Positions 49,091 to 56,349 of a stretch of 64,000 bases of DNA are shown here, piece after piece. Position 1 is the first letter of the stretch; each line of letters starts with the position of its first letter. Location of the stretch: assembly GCF_050320075.1 (NCBI RefSeq), contig NZ_CP190018.1; one strand, written 5' to 3'. A model generated the notes under the pieces. It searched no databases. It was not told the DNA's origin and saw only the letters and a list, made by a program, of their open reading frames with translations. Both the position numbers and the translations under genes were made by a program. Origin of the DNA: Escherichia coli (lineage in GTDB: Bacteria; Pseudomonadota; Gammaproteobacteria; Enterobacterales; Enterobacteriaceae).

Positions 49091-51424
49091 TCAGGCTGTT
49101 GCAGGGTCGTCACATTTTGGCAGCCAGTCGCCGTAGCTTTCCTCTTTCAGCGTCAGGTTGGTCTGTATCCCCTGTTTGGTATGGCGCTTCTCGTAATTCA
49201 GTCCGTATTCCTTCAGCATCACCGGCAGCCCCAGCCCGAACATTTTCAGACTGAGTACGTTCCGGTAGCCGTTTGCCTCCATGTAGGCCAGATAGGCGTG
49301 ATAGAGGTATTTACGGTAATTGCGCGGGATGATGCTGGCGTTCCCCATATACATGCCGCTGGTCTGCGGCAGGGTTTCCAGATAGCCGATAAAATCAAAC
49401 GTCGGGTCGGCATCCCGTTTGATGTTCAGCGCCTCGTCTGAGTTCTGCTGGGACTGAAGCAGTGACCGGGCGAGCATCGGGTCGCTGAACTTCTGCATCA
49501 GGTGACGCACGATGACCGCCAGCTCGCGGGTGATTTTGTCCTTAAGCTGCGGGTCGCGCTCCTGCGGGGCTATCTGTTCCGGGAAGTGAATAATCACCCG
49601 CCGGCGTGACACGCCGCCGCTGCGGTCGGTGAAGCGCATCGGGTTATTGTTCACGGCCAGAATTACCGCCGGGATATGCGTGGAGTATGCATCCCGGTAT
49701 TTCGGGTCAACGGACACCGCATCGCCGCCGGTGATGGCCTTGAGTCCGGCACCGTCGCCGCTCCATTTTTCCTGGTCCGGCAGGCGTATCAGTGAGAAGC
49801 CAGTTAACGCGGCACGTTCACGCGGGGATTCCAGCGTCTCGATGGTGGCCGACGTGGCGTTATCCTCACCGGCCAGCAGGGTGGCTATTTCGGCCATGAT
49901 ACTTTTGCCGCTGCCGCCGGGACCGGTCACCTCCAGAAAGAGCTGCCAGTCGTAGCGGTTTGCCAGCACCATAAACAGTGCGGCCAGAATCACGTCGCGT
50001 TTTTCCGCACGACCACCGGCGGCACGGTCAAGCCAGCGCCAGAACGCGGGGGCGTGGGTTTCCAGCGTTTCCCCTTCCACCGGCGGGGTGAAATCCACAT
50101 CGCACAGGGTGCGCATCCAGTGTGACGGACTGTGCGGGTGGAACGTGCCGCTCTGCGTGTCGAGCACGCCGTTACGAAAGCCAATCAGGCGGCGGGAGGG
50201 GGCTTCCTGCTGCGGAATAATCAGCTTCAGGGTGTCCACCACGGAGGCCACCTTCCCGGAGGAGAACGGCGCGCGCAGACGCTGAAACAGCCCGGCCACA
50301 TCCCGGGCAAAGTCCTGTGGTGGCAGCACCTTCCAGACACCATTTTCATAACGGGACAGAAGCTGGCCGTTGGCATCAACCGCGAGCGCCTCGCCGTAAT
50401 GCTCATAGATACGCATGGCCTTTTCGCTGGTACTCATGGCGGAAAACTCCGCTTCGCTCATGGTGTCGAACGGGCTTTCAGCCGGTGGCCGGATGGCATC
50501 ATAAATGGCCTTACGGGTGGCTTCCCCGCCGTACTGCGTGAAGGCATCATTCCAGTCACCGAAGACCGGCGGCAGGGCAACAACACCTTCACACGCATCT
50601 GCGGCTGCGGCGGCTTTTTTCTGGCCGTCACCGCTGAGGTCACGGTCAGCAGCAAGGACAATCTGACAGGCCGGATGCTTCTGCCGGGCAAGGCTGGCCA
50701 GAGAAAGGAGATTCACGGAAGAAAGCGCCACCATCACCGTTTCACCGGTCAGGTGATGCACGGTAAGTGCGGTCGCGTATCCCTCCGCTATCCACAGACG
50801 TTTTCCGGCCTGATTCTGTCCTTCAAGGGTGTGACAGGTGCCCCTGACCTGTCCGCCTTTCAGGGTGCGCTTACGGCCGTCAGCACTGATTAACTGAAGG
50901 TTAACCAGTTCGCCGCTGTCGTCATACAGTGGCACCACAAGGTCACCGGCGCGCCAGCTCACGCCACCGGCTCTGTGTGTGCCGGTCAGCATCCGGCATT
51001 CCCGGCCGGGAAAGCCCTTGCGGGTCAGGTAGGCGTTACCGGTTCCGGGACGGGTTTTCGCCATCAGGGTTTGTGCCAGTGCGGCGGCGTTCTTCCGGGC
51101 AGCGTCTGTTTCAGCACCGGCGGCGGTCGTCACTGCCGGGTCAGCCGGGGGCAGGCTGCCGGTCACGGCAGCCACCTTTGCGGCCGCGTCGGACGGGGAA
51201 ACACCAAACACCTTTTCAACCAGTTTCAGGCCGTCACCGGCACCACACTGATTGCAGTACCAGGTGCCGCGCCCCTCCCTGTCATCAAAACGGAAGCGGT
51301 CACTCCCGCCACAGACCGGACAGGGCTGATGACGGTTCTTCAGCACCTGAATCCCCAGCGCCGGGAGAATACGCGGCCAGTGGCCGAGCGCATGGCTGAC
51401 GGTGGCGGTTACGTTCATTTTCAT
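49091..51424 (-). CDS. P4 alpha-like primase/helicase (replication protein)
   Basis: 777-aa ORF; N-terminal zinc motif CPVCGG..YCNQCG, toprim-like region, central Walker A GPGGSGKS; strong SD AAGGAG upstream. Confidence 0.9.
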   Translation of the reverse strand: MKMNVTATVSHALGHWPRILPALGIQVLKNRHQPCPVCGGSDRFRFDDREGRGTWYCNQCGAGDGLKLVEKVFGVSPSDAAAKVAAVTGSLPPADPAVTTAAGAETDAARKNAAALAQTLMAKTRPGTGNAYLTRKGFPGRECRMLTGTHRAGGVSWRAGDLVVPLYDDSGELVNLQLISADGRKRTLKGGQVRGTCHTLEGQNQAGKRLWIAEGYATALTVHHLTGETVMVALSSVNLLSLASLARQKHPACQIVLAADRDLSGDGQKKAAAAADACEGVVALPPVFGDWNDAFTQYGGEATRKAIYDAIRPPAESPFDTMSEAEFSAMSTSEKAMRIYEHYGEALAVDANGQLLSRYENGVWKVLPPQDFARDVAGLFQRLRAPFSSGKVASVVDTLKLIIPQQEAPSRRLIGFRNGVLDTQSGTFHPHSPSHWMRTLCDVDFTPPVEGETLETHAPAFWRWLDRAAGGRAEKRDVILAALFMVLANRYDWQLFLEVTGPGGSGKSIMAEIATLLAGEDNATSATIETLESPRERAALTGFSLIRLPDQEKWSGDGAGLKAITGGDAVSVDPKYRDAYSTHIPAVILAVNNNPMRFTDRSGGVSRRRVIIHFPEQIAPQERDPQLKDKITRELAVIVRHLMQKFSDPMLARSLLQSQQNSDEALNIKRDADPTFDFIGYLETLPQTSGMYMGNASIIPRNYRKYLYHAYLAYMEANGYRNVLSLKMFGLGLPVMLKEYGLNYEKRHTKQGIQTNLTLKEESYGDWLPKCDDPATA

Positions 51425-51438
51425 GGTGTTGTTCTCCT

Positions 51439-51759
51439 TCAGTGCAGTACCGGCGCTTTTATGTGACGGGCACAGAGTTCATCCATCACAACCAGCCCGA
51501 GAAAGGACAGCGACGGCGCGGCCTTCAGGGGGCCGGATTCCATTAAATCTTCCAGCAGGGCACAGGCTATCTGACGCCCTTTTTCCTCACCGTGCTGGCG
51601 CAGATAAAAGCCTTCCAGCTCAGCGGCGATGGCCGCCTCCAGTGATTCAAGGGTGAGATGCGGGTAGCGGTGCTGACGTTCGCACACGGTCAGCCAGGCA
51701 CAGGCGACAGCGCGACGGTAAAGGGCAGCGCGTAAGACGGGCGGTAAGGGTGTTTTCAT
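51439..51759 (-). CDS. 106-aa protein upstream of alpha (P4 orf106/Cnr-like by position and size)
   Basis: ORF with GGAGG SD 7 nt upstream; ends 14 bp before the alpha start; functional name is from recalled P4 gene order only. Confidence 0.6.
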
Positions 51760-51894
51760 TTGCTTTCCTCCCTGTGACAGATGACTGCATTCCGTGCCGG
51801 TTGCATTAACTGATAAGGCATATCTGCGTCTCCTGAAGACGTGCGTATCCCTGCGCGAATACGCACATTTAATTTTTCGGGTGTCGTTTTTTAA

Positions 51895-52350
51895 TTACAG
51901 ATAATTGCGGTAACTGTTATCCGGGGTGATTTCCGGGTCAGACTCCGTGCGGGGAATTTCCCGCCATTCCCGCGCCACCGGTGCCGCCCGGCTGACCGGA
52001 ACAGGGGCCTGCGGGTAAATATCCAGATATTTCTCCCGCCATTTCTGTAATTCCGGGTCTCCGGCCATTTCTTTCAGTACCGCATGCCGGTTTACGGGGC
52101 TGCGTTTAAACAGGTCAGGACGGTCACAGGTAAATTCCCGCAGAAAACGCCCCAGCGGGATGTCTGTGGTGCGTCCGTCAGCGAGGATACGCACAAGGAT
52201 ACTGAATTTACGGCGGTACGGGTTCCAGACAATGTCCGGGCAGCGGTACGGCATTTCCCACGGAATACCGTCTTCCAGAATGCCGACCACGGCCACATCG
52301 GGAAAACCGGCAGAACGGTAAATCTCACCGGGCTGGGGAAAATCAAACAT
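51895..52350 (-). CDS. 151-aa hypothetical protein (P4 orf151-like)
   Basis: Start ATG overlaps the stop of the upstream gene (ATGTTTGA); same operon. Confidence 0.6.
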   Translation of the reverse strand: MFDFPQPGEIYRSAGFPDVAVVGILEDGIPWEMPYRCPDIVWNPYRRKFSILVRILADGRTTDIPLGRFLREFTCDRPDLFKRSPVNRHAVLKEMAGDPELQKWREKYLDIYPQAPVPVSRAAPVAREWREIPRTESDPEITPDNSYRNYL

Positions 52351-52630
52351 GCGTCCTGTCTCCCCGGTCTTTCTGCTGGGCGAGAAAATCGCGGCACAGG
52401 CCTTTGGCTTTCAGCTCATTCAGCACAAAATCAATATCTTCATTCAGGTAGCTGAAAATATGCGGAATGTAGAGCTGATGCAGGCCGGAGAGTTCACGGT
52501 GAATCAAATCACCCCCAACAAACTGGGATACGGCGCTGGCGCGGTTGAGCTTATGGTAAGCCTCAATGCTGAGGTGTTCACGGGCGTCATGACGCGCTGA
52601 GACGGTCTGAGGGGCTTTTTTATTACGCAC
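52343..52630 (-). CDS. 95-aa hypothetical protein, GTG start (possibly P4 epsilon-like)
   Basis: Track ORF 52343..52915 has an implausible N-terminus overlapping the upstream gene; GTG at 52630 is preceded by GGAGG at 6-nt spacing, giving [28 protein letters not shown].. Confidence 0.5.
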
Positions 52631-53222
52631 GGGACACCTCCACCACCGGCAGACGGGCAGCAAGGGAGAGCACATAGTCACGGACAAGGGAACGGCGGGC
52701 ACTGCGTTCATCACCGGCGACGGTGCGAAGCATACAGATACGGGGATGACGGTCTGCGCGACGGACAGCCGCAAACACAAAGACAAATTCAGGGTGTGAG
52801 GGGGTAAGGGTTGTAGCCATGATGGCAGCCTCCTGTGAATAGCAAATAACGCTATCGCCGGAGTTCTCACGCTCGATGGCGATAGCCCAGACGGGGGTGA
52901 GAATACCGGCTTCACAGGATACCGGCCAGCCCGGAGGCTGCCCCGCCTGAGCTACCATTGACTCTGCGGCATAATGAGCGGACGCGGGCAGGATGCACGG
53001 AATGCCATCTGCACGACTGACCACACACCACACCATAATCTGGCGCTCTGTGGCATTGATTGCGACACAAAAAAAGACGCGTGGCGCGTCATATGTCGCC
53101 TGTGAATTGCTCGGGTTCTCACGCCCGGCTGCCGATTTTGCGGCAGCGGAAAAACTATATCCGCAAATGCCGGAAAAAGGCAAGCCAGAAAAAGGGACTT
53201 TTTGCAGAGCGGGCATCATCAT
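52623..53222 (-). CDS. 199-aa hypothetical protein (P4 orf199-like)
   Basis: ATGATGATG at 53222-53214 overlaps the vis stop (ATGA coupling); track ORF 52623..53267 extends into vis in another frame. Confidence 0.5.
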
Positions 53223-53485
53223 GCGTCGTACCCCCGTTTGCGTCCGGCAATGCGCCCGGCCATCCATGCGGTGACTTCAGAGTGCAGCCAGGCCACATTT
53301 TTACCGCCAAGACTCACCTGCGGCGGAAATTCCCCTTTACGGATGAGTTCATAGATGGTCGAGCGTGACAGGCCGCACAGGTGCATCACTTCCGGCAGAC
53401 GTAAAAAACGCTCCTGCGTGATGTCCGGCAGCGGCATCAGTGGCGTCACAGGGGCGGGAGACGGGGAAGAAAAAACAGCTTGCAT
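53219..53485 (-). CDS. AlpA/Vis-family phage regulator (excisionase-like HTH), 88 aa
   Basis: ..[44 protein letters not shown].. AlpA-type HTH; first gene of the leftward operon. Confidence 0.8.
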   Translation of the reverse strand: MQAVFSSPSPAPVTPLMPLPDITQERFLRLPEVMHLCGLSRSTIYELIRKGEFPPQVSLGGKNVAWLHSEVTAWMAGRIAGRKRGYDA

Positions 53486-53587
53486 CGGGCTACCTCGTTA
53501 ATGTCCATACAGCACCGGATAAGTCCGTCCGGCTTCGGGTAGCGCTTTATTTTGTGAATATTTTCAGCAGACGCAACAGGGGGGATT

Positions 53588-53605
53588 TGTTCCGGCAGTC
53601 TTACA
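53588..53605 (-). promoter_or_regulatory. TGT-N12-ACA dyad (Ogr/Delta activator-type box) upstream of the vis-alpha operon
   Basis: TGTTCCGGCAGTCTTACA about 100 bp upstream of the vis start; dyad geometry as in P2/P4 late promoters. Confidence 0.45.
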
Positions 53606-53764
53606 ATGGCTGTGTATTTTTTGTTCATCTCCACTTAAAGTCATTTAAAGCCACTTAAAGCAATTCGTAATTTTTATAGTGAAATACAAATCGTTTTTTC
53701 TTATTCATTCCCGGCGAATTAATAAAAACAAACAGTAATAAACAGCACAAAAAGCCCATCAACG

Positions 53765-53869
53765 GGTGAACAGTGGTGAACAGACGGTGAACAGTCATTA
53801 CTGCGATTGTTCACCCTTTAACTTACTGTATTACTTATCTTTTTTATTAAGGTGAACAGAGGTGAACAG
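53765..53869. repeat. Iteron cluster (GGTGAACAG x5 direct, 1 inverted), ori-like
   Basis: GGTGAACAG at 53765, 53775, 53786, 53851, 53861; inverted TGTTCACC at 53808-53815; same 8-mer as the cluster at 48948-49040. Confidence 0.8.
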
Positions 53870-53948
53870 TAAAATATAAAAAAAACAAACAGTAAGCCGG
53901 TTTTTCCTGCGACCTTTTCCTGGCTTGCCGGTCTGAGGATGAGTCTCC

Positions 53949-53966
53949 TGTGTCAGGGCTGGCACA
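53949..53966 (+). promoter_or_regulatory. TGT-N12-ACA dyad (Delta/Ogr box) of the sid promoter
   Basis: TGTGTCAGGGCTGGCACA centred ~80 bp upstream of the sid ATG. Confidence 0.45.
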
Positions 53967-54038
53967 TCTGCAATGCGTCGTGTTGTTGTCCGGTGTACGT
54001 CACAATTTTCTTAACCTGAAGTGACGAGGAGCCGGAAA

Positions 54039-54773
54039 ATGTCTGACAACACCATCCCTGAATATCTGCAACCCGCGCTGGCACAACTGGAAAAGGCCAG
54101 AGCCGCCCATCTTGAGAACGCCCGCCTGATGGATGAGACCGTCACGGCCATTGAACGGGCAGAACAGGAAAAAAATGCGCTGGCGCAGGCCGACGGAAAC
54201 GACGCTGACGACTGGCGCACGGCCTTTCGTGCAGCCGGTGGTGTCCTGAGCGACGAGCTGAAACAGCGCCACATTGAGCGCGTGGCACGCCGGGAGCTGG
54301 TACAGGAATATGACAATCTGGCCGTGGTGCTGAATTTTGAACGTGAACGCCTGAAAGGGGCGTGTGACAGCACGGCCACCGCCTACCGGAAGGCACATCA
54401 TCACCTGCTGAGTCTGTATGCAGAGCATGAGCTGGAACACGCCCTGAATGAAACCTGTGAGGCGCTTGTCCGGGCAATGCATCTGAGCATCCAGGTACAG
54501 GAAAATCCGCTCGCCAACACCACCGGCCATCAGGGCTACGTCGCGCCGGAAAAGGCTGTCATGCAGCAGGTGAAATCATCGCTGGAGCAGAAAATTAAAC
54601 AGATGCAAATCAGCCTCACCGGCGAGCCGGTTCTCCGGCTGACCGGACTGTCAGCGGCAACACTCCCGCACATGGATTATGAGGTGGCAGGCACACCGGC
54701 ACAGCGCAAGGTGTGGCAGGACAAAATAGACCAGCAGGGAGCAGAGCTTAAGGCCAGAGGACTGCTGTCATGA
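54039..54773 (+). CDS. sid: P4 Sid-like capsid size-determination (external scaffold) protein, 244 aa
   Basis: Start MSDNTIPEYLQPALAQLEK.. inside track ORF 54021..54773; coiled-coil-rich; stop overlaps the delta start (ATGA). Confidence 0.8.
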   Translation: MSDNTIPEYLQPALAQLEKARAAHLENARLMDETVTAIERAEQEKNALAQADGNDADDWRTAFRAAGGVLSDELKQRHIERVARRELVQEYDNLAVVLNFERERLKGACDSTATAYRKAHHHLLSLYAEHELEHALNETCEALVRAMHLSIQVQENPLANTTGHQGYVAPEKAVMQQVKSSLEQKIKQMQISLTGEPVLRLTGLSAATLPHMDYEVAGTPAQRKVWQDKIDQQGAELKARGLLS

Positions 54774-55270
54774 TTTACTGCCCGTCGTGTGGACATGTTG
54801 CTCACACCCGTCGCGCACATTTCATGGACGATGGCACCAAGATAATGATTGCACAGTGCCGGAATATTTATTGCTCTGCGACATTTGAAGCGAGTGAAAG
54901 CTTTTTCTCTGACAGTAAAGATTCAGGAATGGAATACATTTCAGGCAAACAGAGATACCGCGATTCACTGACGTCGGCCTCCGGCAGTATGAAACGCCCG
55001 AAAAGAATGCTTGTTACCGGATATTGTTGTCGGAGATGTAAAGGCCTTGCGCTGTCAAGAACATCGCGGCGTCTGTCTCAGGAAGTCACCGAGCGTTTTT
55101 ATGTGTGCACGGATCCGGGCTGTGGTCTGGTGTTTAAAACGCTTCAGACCATCACCCGCTTCATTGTCCGCCCGGTCACGCCGGACGAACTGGCAGAAAA
55201 CCTGCATGAAAAACAGGAACTGCCGCCAGTACGGTTAAAAACACAATCATATTCGCTGCGTCTGGAATGA
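54770..55270 (+). CDS. P4 Delta-like late-gene activator (tandem Ogr-type zinc fingers), 166 aa
   Basis: Two Cys4 motifs (CPSCGH..CRNIYC and CCRRCKG..CTDPGCG). Confidence 0.85.
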   Translation: MIYCPSCGHVAHTRRAHFMDDGTKIMIAQCRNIYCSATFEASESFFSDSKDSGMEYISGKQRYRDSLTSASGSMKRPKRMLVTGYCCRRCKGLALSRTSRRLSQEVTERFYVCTDPGCGLVFKTLQTITRFIVRPVTPDELAENLHEKQELPPVRLKTQSYSLRLE

Positions 55271-55343
55271 GGGCTGCCGGTTAACACCGGCCGTCGCCAC
55301 ACACCGTATTTTTATTCTTCAGCATGATGAGAAAGAGATAACG

Positions 55344-55916
55344 ATGGAAAGCACAGCCTTACAGCAGGCCTTTGACACCTGTCAGAATAACAAAGCAGCA
55401 TGGCTGCAACGCAAAAATGAGCTGACTGCGGCCGAACAGGAATATCTGCGGCTTCTGTCAGGAGAAGGCAGAAACGTCAGTCACCTGGACGAATTACGCA
55501 ATATTATCGAAGTCAGAAAATGGCAGGTGAATCAGGCCGCCGGTCGTTATATTCGTTCGCATGAAGCCGTTCAGCACATCAGCATCCGCGACCGGCTGAA
55601 TGATTTTATGCAGCAGCACGGCACAGTACTGGCGGCCGCACTGGCACCGGAGCTGATGGGCTACAGTGAGCTGACGGCCATTGCCCGAAACTGTGCCATA
55701 CAGCGTGCCACAGATGCCCTGCGTGAAGCCCTTCTGTCCTGGCTTGCGAAGGGTGAAAAAATTAATTATTCCGTACAGGATAGCGACATTTTAACGACCA
55801 TCGGATTCAGGCCTGACGCGGCTTCGGTGGATGACAGCCGTGAAAAATTCACCCCTGCGCAGAACATGATTTTTTCGCGCAAAAGTGCGCAACTGGCATC
55901 ACATCAGTCTGTGTAA
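55344..55916 (+). CDS. psu: P4 Psu-like polarity suppression / capsid decoration protein, 190 aa
   Basis: 190-aa ORF following sid and delta; lengths 244/166/190 match my recollection of P4. Confidence 0.8.
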   Translation: MESTALQQAFDTCQNNKAAWLQRKNELTAAEQEYLRLLSGEGRNVSHLDELRNIIEVRKWQVNQAAGRYIRSHEAVQHISIRDRLNDFMQQHGTVLAAALAPELMGYSELTAIARNCAIQRATDALREALLSWLAKGEKINYSVQDSDILTTIGFRPDAASVDDSREKFTPAQNMIFSRKSAQLASHQSV

Positions 55917-55950
55917 AACTCCCCGAAAATCCGCCCGTTTTTACTGAAAA

Positions 55951-55983
55951 AAGCCATGCATCGATAAGGTGCATGGCTTTGCA
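55951..55983 (+). terminator. Intrinsic terminator after psu
   Basis: Hairpin GCCATGCATCGATAAGGTGCATGGC followed by TTT. Confidence 0.6.
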
Positions 55984-56080
55984 TGCGTTTTCCTGCCTCA
56001 TTTTCTGCAAACCGTGCCATTCCCGGCGCGGTCTGAGCGTGTCAGTACAACTGCATTAAAACCGCCCCGCAAAGCGGGCG

Positions 56081-56099
56081 GGCGAGGCGGGGAAAGCAC
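56081..56099. other. cos site (P2/P4-type 19-nt cohesive end sequence)
   Basis: GGCGAGGCGGGGAAAGCAC inside a GC-rich palindromic context (AAACCGCCCCGCAAAGCGGGCGGGCGAGGCGGGG..); matches the P2/P4 cohesive end as I recall it. Confidence 0.7.
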
Positions 56100-56303
56100 C
56101 GCGCGCTAAACCTGATGAATAAGGAATATTTTAAAAACATTTGTGGATATGAATATTTGGGTTGTAAATGAGTGTTTTTATCTGTTTTTATGTGCTGTGA
56201 AGCAATGTTTGAGTCGATATTTTTATAAAGCTCAATAAAAATTACATTATCATTGATAAGAATGGTTGTCGGATTAACACGTTTTTAAGCTATTTATATA
56301 TAA

Positions 56304-56332
56304 TTAAACCTCGGCAAGGTTGCTGAGGTTTA
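56304..56332 (-). terminator. Putative terminator downstream of the cargo gene
   Basis: Inverted repeat TAAACCTCGGCA..TGCTGAGGTTTA just past the stop at 56350, followed by AT-rich sequence on the minus strand. Confidence 0.45.
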
Positions 56333-56349
56333 ATCGATTGGTTAATTAT

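Noticed and set aside
50132-51466. Several 150-250-aa ORFs (e.g. 50132..50893, 50929..51399, 50975..51466) antisense to the alpha primase gene
   Set aside because: High-GC sequence yields long spurious open frames rich in Arg/Gly/Pro; the primase frame on the minus strand has clear motifs.
52343-52915. 190-aa version of the gene ending at 52343
   Set aside because: Its N-terminal 95 residues overlap the upstream gene in another frame and look non-protein-like; a GTG at 52630 with a GGAGG SD is preferred.
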